64,000 nucleotides of DNA from Candidatus Multivorans sp. (GTDB taxonomy: Bacteria; Acidobacteriota; Thermoanaerobaculia; Multivoradales; Multivoraceae), in NCBI GenBank assembly GCA_965224025.1, contig OZ245033.1, positions 4,032,001 through 4,096,000 of the forward strand, written 5' to 3'. Under the pieces are notes generated by a model. It searched no databases. It was given only the letters and a program-made list of their open reading frames with translations, and was not told where the DNA came from. Both the position numbers and the translations under genes were made by a program. Below, one piece after another: positions 51,128-60,132 of this stretch. Numbering within the stretch: position 1 is the first letter of the stretch; each line of letters begins with the position of its first letter.

Positions 51128-53389
51128 ATGGCGGCGATCGGCACCCCAACCAAACTGCTCGAGGGCAAACCCAAGGTCAAGGGCTCGCTGCGCTACTGCG
51201 GCGACCTCGAACGGCCCGGGCTGCTCCATGCCCGTCTGGTCACCAGCCCACACGCGCACGCCGAGGTGCTGAGCATCGATACCGCGGCGGCCGAGGCCCT
51301 GCCCGACGTCGCCGCCGTCATCACGGCAGCAGATCTGCCCGAGCTCCCGGCCAACAGCCGGGCGATGCTCATGCTCGCCCGCAAGCGGGCGATCTTCGTC
51401 GGCCATCCGGTCGCCCTGGTCCTGGCCGAAAGCGAGGCCCGGGGCGCGGATGCAGCAGAAGCGGTCGAGGTCGACTACCGGCCGCTCGACGCCGCGGTCA
51501 CACTGGAACAGGCCGAGATGCCTTCGGCGCCGCCGGTGTGGCCCAACGGCCTGCCCGGCCAGTCCGCGGAGGCGGCGGCGCACGGCGCCGGGGGCGCGGG
51601 CGACGACGGCGGCGAGGGTCCCTCGTCGCCCAACGTGACGAACCGCATGCGCTTCGACCGCGGCGACCTCGCCGCCGGCTTCGCCGCCGCCGACGCCGTG
51701 GTCGAGCGGAGCTTCACCACCGCGGCGGTTCACCAGTCCTACGTCGAACCGCACGTGGCTCTGGTCGATCCGGACCCGATGGGCGCCGGGATGACGATCT
51801 ACAGCTCCACGCAGGCGACGTTCTACATCCGGGACACGGTCGCCTACGTGCTCGGCCTGTCTCACGAGCAGGTGCGCGTCATCGGCACGCCGGTCGGCGG
51901 CGGCTTCGGCGGCAAGTTCCTTCTCTACGAACCGCTCCTGGCCATCGCCGCGACGCAGCTCCAGCGCCCGGTGCGACTGATGATGAGCCGAACCGAGGAG
52001 ATGCTGGCCGCTACACCGGCGCCCTCGACCCGGATCACGATCCGCGCCGGCGCCAGACGGAGCGGCGAGCTGACGGCGCTGGAAGCCGAGTTGGCGATGG
52101 ACTGCGGCTGCTTCCCATCGTCCATGACCGCACTTGCCGGCACCCTGCTCGGCAGTTCCTACCAGACGCCGAATCAGTCCGTCGGCGGCTACGAAGTGGT
52201 CACGAACAAGCCCTCCATCGGCGCCTATCGCGCGCCGCTGGCGCCGCAGGCGGCGTTCGTGGTGGAGACCGTGCTCGATCAACTGGCCCAGGCGCTGGGG
52301 ATCGACCCGCTCGAGATGCGCCTCGTGAACGCCTCGGAGTCCGGCCAGCCGATGGCCTCCGGGATGCCCTGGGCCGGCATGGGCCAGCGCCAGGTGCTGG
52401 CGGCGCTGCAGGCCCACCCCTCGTGGCAGAACCGCGAGCAGGCGCGGGCGGAAGGCCGCGGGGTCGGCATCGCGCTCGGGGCTTGGCCCGGCGGCACGGA
52501 GCCCGCCGCGGCCGCCTGCGCGCTCCAGGGCGACGGTACGCTCAAGGTTCACATCAGTTCGGCCGACATCACCGGCACGAACACGAGTCTGGCCCTGATC
52601 GCGGCCGAGGCCTTCGGCGTCGAACCGGAACGGGTCACGATCGCCACCGGCGATACCTCGAGCGGTCCCTTCGCCGGCTCCTCCGGCGGCAGCAAGATCC
52701 TCTACACCGTCGGACCGCCGGTGATCCAGGCCGCCCGTGAGGCCCGGCAGCAGACCCTGGAACTGGCCGCGGCGACTTTTGAGGCCGCGCCGGAAGACCT
52801 GGAGATCGTGGATGGCGAGGTCCGGGTCAAGGGATCGCCCGACAAGGCCATTCCGCTCAAGAAGATTGCTCAGCGGACCATGCGCTTCGGCAGCCGGCAG
52901 GCACCGGTGTTCGGCCACGGACGCCATGCCCAGACCGGCCAGGCGCCCGGCTTCTGCGCCCAGCTCGCCGAGGTGGCGGTCGACCGGGAAACGGGCCGGG
53001 TGAAGGTCGAGAAAGTGGTCGTCGTCCAGGACTGCGGACGCGCGATCAATCCGCCGGCGGTAGAAGGGCAGATGATGGGCGGCGCCATGCAGGGCATCGG
53101 TTGGGCGCTCTACGAGGAGATGGCCTACAGTGACGATGGCCAACTGCTGACGGCGACCCTGAACGACTACGCCCTGCCTCACTTCGTCCACGGACCGACC
53201 GAGGTCGAGACCGTGCTGGTCGAGGTCCCTTCGGACGCCGGTCCGTTCGGCGCCCGGGGCGTCGGCGAACCGCCGGTCATTCCTACCGCGGCCGCGGTCG
53301 CCAACGCGATCGCCGATGCCTGCGGCGCCCGTCTCACGGAGCTGCCGATGACGCCGCCGCGCGTCCTGGCTGCCATCAACGGAGCCTGA
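51128..53389 (+). CDS. Xanthine dehydrogenase-family molybdopterin-binding large subunit
   Basis: SPHAHA, VHQSYVEPH, VGGGFGGK, AYRAP, DCGRAINP..VEGQ..GG..QGIGWALYE, GARGVGEPP. Confidence 0.92.
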   Translation: MAAIGTPTKLLEGKPKVKGSLRYCGDLERPGLLHARLVTSPHAHAEVLSIDTAAAEALPDVAAVITAADLPELPANSRAMLMLARKRAIFVGHPVALVLAESEARGADAAEAVEVDYRPLDAAVTLEQAEMPSAPPVWPNGLPGQSAEAAAHGAGGAGDDGGEGPSSPNVTNRMRFDRGDLAAGFAAADAVVERSFTTAAVHQSYVEPHVALVDPDPMGAGMTIYSSTQATFYIRDTVAYVLGLSHEQVRVIGTPVGGGFGGKFLLYEPLLAIAATQLQRPVRLMMSRTEEMLAATPAPSTRITIRAGARRSGELTALEAELAMDCGCFPSSMTALAGTLLGSSYQTPNQSVGGYEVVTNKPSIGAYRAPLAPQAAFVVETVLDQLAQALGIDPLEMRLVNASESGQPMASGMPWAGMGQRQVLAALQAHPSWQNREQARAEGRGVGIALGAWPGGTEPAAAACALQGDGTLKVHISSADITGTNTSLALIAAEAFGVEPERVTIATGDTSSGPFAGSSGGSKILYTVGPPVIQAAREARQQTLELAAATFEAAPEDLEIVDGEVRVKGSPDKAIPLKKIAQRTMRFGSRQAPVFGHGRHAQTGQAPGFCAQLAEVAVDRETGRVKVEKVVVVQDCGRAINPPAVEGQMMGGAMQGIGWALYEEMAYSDDGQLLTATLNDYALPHFVHGPTEVETVLVEVPSDAGPFGARGVGEPPVIPTAAAVANAIADACGARLTELPMTPPRVLAAINGA

Positions 53390-53447
53390 GCCCGCCGGCC
53401 CCGGTACCACGCCCGCGGCCGCGGTCGCCGCGGCCACCCTCGGAAAC

Positions 53448-53526
53448 CGCCGATGCCTGCGGCGCCAGACTGACCGAGCTGCCGATGACGCCGCCCAGAG
53501 TGCTGGCTGCCATCAACGGAGCCTGA
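53448..53526 (+). repeat. Direct duplicate of the last 79 bp of the Mo-subunit gene (53311-53389)
   Basis: 71/79 identical; all 8 differences synonymous. Confidence 0.9.
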
Positions 53527-53563
53527 CCGACAGCATCCGAGCGCCGCTACACTGCGGGCGAAG

Positions 53564-55657
53564 ATGGTTCGCGGCGGCATCGAGACTTGGGCGTTGGCGG
53601 CCGCCGGGCTACTCGCCGCGGCGGCGCTCGGCGCGCCGCTCCTGGGCGTTGACGGGTGGCAGCCGTTGGGCGTGGGCGGCGCCGTGGCGCTGGGTCTGCT
53701 CTACGTCGTTTGCCGCGTTCTGGCGCTGGAACCGCTCCTCGACCGCTCCGCGGCCTCGAAGCGGCCGCCGCTCGTCTTCCTGCTCCTGCCCTTCGCCTTC
53801 TACCTGGCGCTGATTCCGTGGTCGATCGGTACGCGGGCGCCCGACGGCGACGAGCCGTGGTTCCTCCTCGCCACCCACAGCATGGCCTACGACGGGGACC
53901 TCGACCTCGCCAACAACTATGGCGACCAGGATTCGCTCGCCTTCATGCCCAGGGCGATTGAGCCGCAGCCCGGCGACCCCGAAAGAAGCGACGGCGCTAC
54001 CTACTCCCGGCACGGCTTCCTCCTTCAGGCCGTCATGGCGCCGGCGTACCGTCTCGGCGGCCGGGCTGGAGCGATGATCGTCATCGCCGCACTGGCCGCC
54101 GTCAGCGCCTGGCTACTGCTCGGCCTGACCTCGTTCAGCCGGGACACGCGGGCAAGGCTCATCGTCTATCTGACATTCGCCTTCGCGGCGCCGCTGCTCA
54201 TCTACAGCCAACAGATCTGGGCCGAAGTCGGCGCCGTCGTGCTCGCGGTCCTCGCGTACCGGTGGATCGTCCACCTCACAGCGGGCACGCAAGGCCGATC
54301 ACTCGACGCCTTCCGTGCGAACTGGCGCCTCTGGCTACTGCTCGCCGGAATTCTGGCCGTGCTGCCGGCGCTCAAGCTCCGATTCGTTGCGGTCAGCGCG
54401 ATGCTGGCTCTGATCTGCGTGCTCCGTCTCGGACCGGGCCTCCGCAACCGCGGCGCGGTGCTGCTGGCGACCGTACTGGCGCCTGCCGGCGCCCTGGTCC
54501 TGTGGCTGAACCGCAGCGTCTTCGGCACCGTCCTCGGCATGCACTCCTGGAGCGAACTGGCTCTCTACCGCGAGTCGGCAGCGAAACTGGCGCTGGGGTT
54601 GAACGGTCTCTTCTTCGATCTCGCCTACGGCCTCGTCGCCTGCGCGCCGATCTGGCTGCTCCTGTTCCCCGCCGCCGTGGTCGCCTGGCGGCGCGACCGG
54701 CGGCTGTTGTTCGAAGTCGCGCTGATCGCCCTGCCGACGCTGCTGCTGACCGCCGCGCGCCGCGAATGGTACGGCGGCTGGTCGCCGCCGTTTCGGTACG
54801 GCCTCGTCGTGCTGCCCTTCCTCGCCCTGCTGCTGGTGCCGCTGTTCGAACGAGGGGCGCGGGACACCGAAACCGCGCCGGCGACCGACGGAGGAGATGC
54901 CGGACTTTCGCCTGGGATCCGCACACTGGCCCTGGTGCTGGCTCTTCTTTCCGGCGCGCTGGCCGTGCTCTTCGTCGTGGAACCGGGCTGGACCTACAAC
55001 CTGGCCGACGGTCGCCACCACCTGATCCACTACCTGGAGGCCCGTAGTGGTCTCGACTTCGCGCGCTTCCTGCCTTCAGCCACGCGGCCCCGGACTGCGA
55101 CCTGGCCGGTCCCCATCGCGGCCGTCTGCCTCGCTCTCCTTGCGGGGCGCGTCCGGCACAAAGCGGTCGCGGCGGCGCTTGCCGGCATCCCCGTCCTCGC
55201 CCTCGCCGCCCTCCCGATCCTCGCCGGCGCCCTGCCGACGCGGTCCCTGGAGATCGAGAGCGCCGCAATTCAGCGGAGCGGCGGCAACCTGGACCCGGAA
55301 CGCTGGACAATGGACCGTACGCGGTACGCGGAAGCATGGGTGTTCGCGGAGGGCACGCGCGCCGAAGCGCCGGTGATCCCCGGTGGCAACGAGGTGGAGC
55401 TCACCATGACGGTCCGCCCCGTGCGGAACCGTCCCGCGCCGGTGACCCTGATCGCACGCTCCGGCAGCCGCGAGATCGGCCGCCTCATCTTCACCGATGA
55501 GGACGGCAGCGACCCGACCGGTTGGCAGACGCGCAAGCTGCCGGCCGCCCCGTGGCTCTCAGGCGCTCCCCTCGTCCTCGAAGTCCCCTACGGCGCCGGC
55601 GAAGCGCTGCCGCAGAACGGCGTGAAGATCGACCGGGTCGACCTGCGCTGGCACTGA
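53564..55657 (+). CDS. Polytopic membrane protein, probable GT-C glycosyltransferase
   Basis: DGDEPWFLLATHSMAYDGDLDLANNY in first external loop, many TM helices, WYGGWSPPFRY, C-terminal beta domain. Confidence 0.6.
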   Translation: MVRGGIETWALAAAGLLAAAALGAPLLGVDGWQPLGVGGAVALGLLYVVCRVLALEPLLDRSAASKRPPLVFLLLPFAFYLALIPWSIGTRAPDGDEPWFLLATHSMAYDGDLDLANNYGDQDSLAFMPRAIEPQPGDPERSDGATYSRHGFLLQAVMAPAYRLGGRAGAMIVIAALAAVSAWLLLGLTSFSRDTRARLIVYLTFAFAAPLLIYSQQIWAEVGAVVLAVLAYRWIVHLTAGTQGRSLDAFRANWRLWLLLAGILAVLPALKLRFVAVSAMLALICVLRLGPGLRNRGAVLLATVLAPAGALVLWLNRSVFGTVLGMHSWSELALYRESAAKLALGLNGLFFDLAYGLVACAPIWLLLFPAAVVAWRRDRRLLFEVALIALPTLLLTAARREWYGGWSPPFRYGLVVLPFLALLLVPLFERGARDTETAPATDGGDAGLSPGIRTLALVLALLSGALAVLFVVEPGWTYNLADGRHHLIHYLEARSGLDFARFLPSATRPRTATWPVPIAAVCLALLAGRVRHKAVAAALAGIPVLALAALPILAGALPTRSLEIESAAIQRSGGNLDPERWTMDRTRYAEAWVFAEGTRAEAPVIPGGNEVELTMTVRPVRNRPAPVTLIARSGSREIGRLIFTDEDGSDPTGWQTRKLPAAPWLSGAPLVLEVPYGAGEALPQNGVKIDRVDLRWH

Positions 55658-55691
55658 GTCAACCCGCACACCGACGCCGGTGCGGGCCGAA

Positions 55692-56807
55692 TCAGGGCCG
55701 AACTTCGTAGTAGAGGTTCGCCGGGTCGTCGAAATCGTGCATCCGGAAGCGCGTGAAGCCGCCTTCACGCACCATGCGCTCCGCCACCACGGGGTTGAAG
55801 CCGAGGGTGCCGAGACCGAGGCCATCGGGTTCGGAAAGGGCGGACGACATGCAGGCCGAGACGGAGAAACCGTAGAGCAGCGCGAGCACCGGGTTGCGGA
55901 GGTTGTCCTCGAACCGGGGGCTGCTGCGGATGTCCTTGATCAGCCACGTGCCATCCTCCCGGATGGCGCGGCGGATCGCGGCGATCACGAGGTCCGGCCG
56001 CGTCATGTCGTGTACACAGTCGAAGGTAACGACCAGGTCGAAGGCCTGCTCGGCCGGCAGATCCTCGCCGCGTGCGATCCGCCACTCCGCGTTGTTCACT
56101 CCTGCTTCCCGGGTCCGCTCACGGGCTATTTCGATCGCATACTCGGAAGGGTCGATCCCTACGAACCGCGAAGCCGGAAAGGCGCGGGCCAGGGAGAGAA
56201 GCGCCACTCCTCCGCCGCAGCCGACGTCGACGACGTCGATGCCTGCACGCAGGCGTTCCTCGACACCGTCAAGCGCCGGGATGATCCGCGGCACCAGCGC
56301 CTGGCGGGTCCACGGGCCGAGCATCCGCTCGGTGCGATGGGCGGCACAGGGTCCGAGCCGCTGATAGGAGAGGCCGACACCGGTTTGGAACGCTTCCGCC
56401 AAACCGTCGATCACGTCGTGGCTGGGCGGATAGCCGAAGGCGCCGCCCGCGAAAGCAACCGATCTCTCCTCATCGGCTAGCACCGCGGCCGCCACGTCGC
56501 CGAACTCGAATCGCGGCTCGCCGCCATTCTCCGCCGCGTGGTAGTCAACCAATCCGGCCGCGGTCTGGCCTCGCAGCCATTCGAGCAGCCAGCGCTCCTT
56601 GAGTCCGCTCGCCTCGGCCAACTCCGCCGCGGTCACGGCCCCTAAGCCCTGGAGCGTCCGGTAGATGCCCAGACGGTCGCCGAGGTGGATCATCAGGGAG
56701 ACCAGCTCGCCCTGCTTGTACTTCCACACCTTCAGGGCGAAGGCGCTGACCTGTTCCGGGTCGAGCCGACCGTAGAGGCTCCGCGTGCCGCTGTCGTCGT
56801 CCGCCAT
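55692..56807 (-). CDS. Class I SAM-dependent methyltransferase with N-terminal winged helix
   Basis: LGDRLGIY..ERWLLEWL, VVDVGCGGG, FDCVHDM, GLGTLG. Confidence 0.9.
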   Translation of the reverse strand: MADDDSGTRSLYGRLDPEQVSAFALKVWKYKQGELVSLMIHLGDRLGIYRTLQGLGAVTAAELAEASGLKERWLLEWLRGQTAAGLVDYHAAENGGEPRFEFGDVAAAVLADEERSVAFAGGAFGYPPSHDVIDGLAEAFQTGVGLSYQRLGPCAAHRTERMLGPWTRQALVPRIIPALDGVEERLRAGIDVVDVGCGGGVALLSLARAFPASRFVGIDPSEYAIEIARERTREAGVNNAEWRIARGEDLPAEQAFDLVVTFDCVHDMTRPDLVIAAIRRAIREDGTWLIKDIRSSPRFEDNLRNPVLALLYGFSVSACMSSALSEPDGLGLGTLGFNPVVAERMVREGGFTRFRMHDFDDPANLYYEVRP

Positions 56808-57016
56808 TCTTGTCTTCTCCCTTAACTTGGCCAGCTCATCGGAAGCCCGGCCCGGTATCGCCGGAGGCTCGAAAACGCGTTGCACGGTATCATCCGCGGT
56901 TCGCGTCAACGGCGGCACAATAGCGCCGTTCCGCGACATCTTGGACGACATCAGGAGGGAGTTTGTCGATGCGAGCCAAGCCGTCTCAAGGGACAGGGCA
57001 CACCGGGACTGTGACG

Positions 57017-58765
57017 ATGGGGCCAGGACTTCACCGGTGGCGCTCCGCGATCTCCGCGACGATCGGTCTGGCGGCTTTGGCGATCCCGCTCGCCGCTCAG
57101 GAAGAAGGCGTAGCCGCGGCGCCGCAAACCCACTGGACGGCCACCGCACCCGCCGGCGATGGCGCCGGTCCGGTCGAGCAATCGCTACTCGAGGCGGCGC
57201 CGACCAGGGACTCCTGGCTCCACTACGGCGGCAACTACGGAAGCTGGCGCCATTCGCCGATCACCGAACTGACGCCGGAGAGCGCCTCCAACCTGCGGCT
57301 GGCCTGGATCGCCCAGACTGGCGTTTCGGGCCAGCTCGAGTCCTCGCCCGTCGTCTACGACGGCGTCCTCTACCTGACCTCCTCGATGAACCGCCTGCTC
57401 GCCTATGACGCAAGCAACGGCGACCTGCTCTGGCGCTACGACCACCAGAACCCGTCCAATCTGATCATCTGTTGCGGTCCTGTGAACCGCGGCGTCGGCA
57501 TCGCCGGCGACCTGGTCATCATGGGCACCCTCGATGCCTATCTGCTGGCGTTCAACCGCAAGACCGGCGAACTGGCGTGGGATACGGAAGTCGCGCCCTA
57601 CGCCAGGGGCTTCTCCATCACGTCGGCGCCGTTGATCGCCGAGGGCGTGGCCGTCATCGGCATCGGCGGCGGCGAGTACGGCGTGCGCGGCTTCTTCGAC
57701 GGCTACGACGTGGAAACCGGCGAGCGGCTCTGGCGCCACCACACGGTGCCCGACGACGGCGAGCCCGGGGTCGAGACCTGGGCCGGGGAGTCGTACAAGA
57801 CCGGCGGCGCCGCCACCTGGGCAACCGGCAGCTACGACCCGGCGACAAAGACCCTGTTCTGGACCACCGGCAACCCGTCTCCCGACTGGAGCGGCGACAC
57901 ACGGGCCGGCGACAACCTCTACAGCGACAGCGTGCTGGCGGTCGACATCGAGACCGGAGAGCGCAAGTGGTACTTCCAGTTCACGCCCCACGACGTCTGG
58001 GACTACGACGGCAACTCCGAGGTCTGGCTGGTCGACGTCCAGGTCAACGAACAGACCATTCCCGCCCTCGTTCAGGCGAATCGCAACGGCTACTTCTATG
58101 TCCTGGACCGCCGTGACGGGAGCTTCCTGCACGCCAGCCAGTACGTCCACCAGTTGAACTGGGCGACGCTGGACGAGAACGGACGCCCGGTCGTCAACCC
58201 CGCGATGAAGCCGGCCGAGGAGCCGACCCAGCGGGTCTGCCCCGGCCTCGCCGGCGGCAACAACGCCGCCTACGCCGGCGCCTACAGCCCGGACACCGGT
58301 CTCGCCTATGTGCCGACCATCGAGAGTTGCATGATGTTCCGCAAGGGCGTCGTCGTCTTCATCGAAGGCGCCCCCTTCTTCGGCGGCGAGCCGATTCCGA
58401 CCGACACCGTCGAAGGCAAGTCCTACGGCCACCTCTCGGCCATCGACGTGAGCACGGGCGAAACGCGATGGGCCTACCGGGATCCGACGCCGATGCTCGC
58501 CGGAGTGCTCAGCACCGAGGGCGGCCTCGTGGTCACGGGCAACGCCAGGGGTCACCTGCTCGGCTTCAACGCCGAGACCGGCGAAGAGGTGTGGCGCTAC
58601 CAGACCGGCTCCGGCATCCGCAGCCACCCGATCGCCTACCAGTACGAGGGGCGGACCTATCTCGCCGTTGGATCCGGCGGCGGCGGCATCGTCCAGACAA
58701 CGGTTGGCAGCCCACCGCAGCTTCCCGAGGGCAGCGTTCTGCTGGTCTTCGAACTCGCGCAGTGA
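57017..58765 (+). CDS. PQQ-dependent alcohol dehydrogenase, putative lanthanide type
   Basis: Signal peptide; vicinal CC (ICCGPVNRG), GGEYGVRG, GNPSP, GDNLYSDS, QFTPHDVWDYDG. Confidence 0.88.
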   Translation: MGPGLHRWRSAISATIGLAALAIPLAAQEEGVAAAPQTHWTATAPAGDGAGPVEQSLLEAAPTRDSWLHYGGNYGSWRHSPITELTPESASNLRLAWIAQTGVSGQLESSPVVYDGVLYLTSSMNRLLAYDASNGDLLWRYDHQNPSNLIICCGPVNRGVGIAGDLVIMGTLDAYLLAFNRKTGELAWDTEVAPYARGFSITSAPLIAEGVAVIGIGGGEYGVRGFFDGYDVETGERLWRHHTVPDDGEPGVETWAGESYKTGGAATWATGSYDPATKTLFWTTGNPSPDWSGDTRAGDNLYSDSVLAVDIETGERKWYFQFTPHDVWDYDGNSEVWLVDVQVNEQTIPALVQANRNGYFYVLDRRDGSFLHASQYVHQLNWATLDENGRPVVNPAMKPAEEPTQRVCPGLAGGNNAAYAGAYSPDTGLAYVPTIESCMMFRKGVVVFIEGAPFFGGEPIPTDTVEGKSYGHLSAIDVSTGETRWAYRDPTPMLAGVLSTEGGLVVTGNARGHLLGFNAETGEEVWRYQTGSGIRSHPIAYQYEGRTYLAVGSGGGGIVQTTVGSPPQLPEGSVLLVFELAQ

Positions 58766-59580
58766 CCCGACTGGCGCCGCTCGCCGGTGCGCTGGTCGTG
58801 CTGCTCTGGGCGGTCGTTCCCGCCCACGCGGACGATCTTCGCGTCTGCCTGCTGGAAGACGACCTGCCGCGGGCCAACCGCGTCGACGCTTCCGGTTTCG
58901 ACCACGACCTGTTCAGAGAAGCGGCTCGGCGACTCCGGCGCAACTTCGTACCCGTATGGCGCCCGAACGCACTGCTCTACTCCGAGATCGACGACAGCGA
59001 TCTGCCGCTTGACGATCTGCTTGCCGGCGACTGCGACCTGGCGCCCTCCGTGCCGGGAGACCTGGCCTTGGGCCCGCTGCGCGCAGCGATCGACCTCAGT
59101 CCGCCCTACTACGCGGCCGCTTTCGAGATCTACATGCCGACGACGGACCGTCTCGAATGGACCGATCTACCGGAGATCGTAGCCGGCCGCAGGGTCGCGG
59201 TTCGCTTGCAGTCGCTCGGGCATTTCGCAGCCCAATGGGCGGGTCTCGACTGGACCTCACTGCCCACCGCGGCAGACGTGGCAGCGGCCGTGGATGACGG
59301 CCGGGCAGTGGCCGCGCTCATCTGGGGGCCGGCACTGGGGCGAGTCCAGAAGGAGCCCGCGCGTGATTTCGAACCACCGCCCGGCCTACGTTTCAACGAG
59401 CACGCCGCCATGCGCTCCGGCGACAGCCTTGCTCCCGCGATCGAGCGGATCCTTGACGAGCTGCGTCGCGACGGCACGCTGAAGCGGCTCGCCGATCGCT
59501 ACGGCATCTTCCGAACCGAACCCTTCCCCACCGTGTCCTCACCGGCCGCGATCCGAGCGCTCGGCGTGGGAGCCCAGTAG
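58762..59580 (+). CDS. MxaJ/XoxJ-like periplasmic binding protein
   Basis: GTG overlaps ADH stop; LRVC..LP..SGFD, LLAGDCDL, SPPYY, ALIWGP. Confidence 0.75.
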   Translation: MTRLAPLAGALVVLLWAVVPAHADDLRVCLLEDDLPRANRVDASGFDHDLFREAARRLRRNFVPVWRPNALLYSEIDDSDLPLDDLLAGDCDLAPSVPGDLALGPLRAAIDLSPPYYAAAFEIYMPTTDRLEWTDLPEIVAGRRVAVRLQSLGHFAAQWAGLDWTSLPTAADVAAAVDDGRAVAALIWGPALGRVQKEPARDFEPPPGLRFNEHAAMRSGDSLAPAIERILDELRRDGTLKRLADRYGIFRTEPFPTVSSPAAIRALGVGAQ

Positions 59581-59607
59581 CAGCCCCAGGGAGCCGATAC
59601 CTCGTCC

Positions 59608-60105
59608 ATGACCACCCGAACACGCCTCGAGTCGCCCAGTTTCGCCAAGCGCGCGACGATCGTCGTGCCACTTCTGCTGGCGGCCTGTGCCACCGGCGGC
59701 GGGCCGTCGCCCGACCAGCCCGAAACTCCGGCCGCCACGGAGGCACAGGCCCCAGCCGCGGCGCAGCCGGTAACCGTCGACGAAGCGTCCGCCGCTGAAC
59801 CCGCCGCAAGCCGCTCGCCGGTCGCCGCCTATCTCGAGGATCCCGAGGCGATCACCGCCGGTCGGCGTATGTTCCGGGCCGTCTGCACCGGCTACTGCCA
59901 CTCCACCACGGCCGGCGTGACCAAGGACGCGCCCAACCTCTTCGACTGCGACTGGACGCACGGAAGCGGCGACGCCGATCTCTTCCGCGTGATCACGAAG
60001 GGTGTTCCCGACACCGAGATGCTCCCGTTCGACGGCAAGATCCCGGAAGAGACGATCTGGCAAGTGATCGCGTACGTGCGCTCGAACAGCATGGACTGCG
60101 GCTAG
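59608..60105 (+). CDS. Lipoprotein c-type cytochrome
   Basis: Lipobox LAAC; CTGYCH heme motif; APNL.D..W.HG; GVPDTEMLPF; IWQVIAYV. Confidence 0.85.
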   Translation: MTTRTRLESPSFAKRATIVVPLLLAACATGGGPSPDQPETPAATEAQAPAAAQPVTVDEASAAEPAASRSPVAAYLEDPEAITAGRRMFRAVCTGYCHSTTAGVTKDAPNLFDCDWTHGSGDADLFRVITKGVPDTEMLPFDGKIPEETIWQVIAYVRSNSMDCG

Positions 60106-60132
60106 GCGGGCATCTCCCGAGAACGAAGGCCG

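Noticed and set aside
51128-53389. Aerobic CO dehydrogenase CoxL
   Set aside because: Lacks the AYxCSFR loop and adjacent coxMS genes
53311-53526. Diversity-generating retroelement VR/TR pair
   Set aside because: Differences are synonymous and not confined to template adenines; no reverse transcriptase in the window
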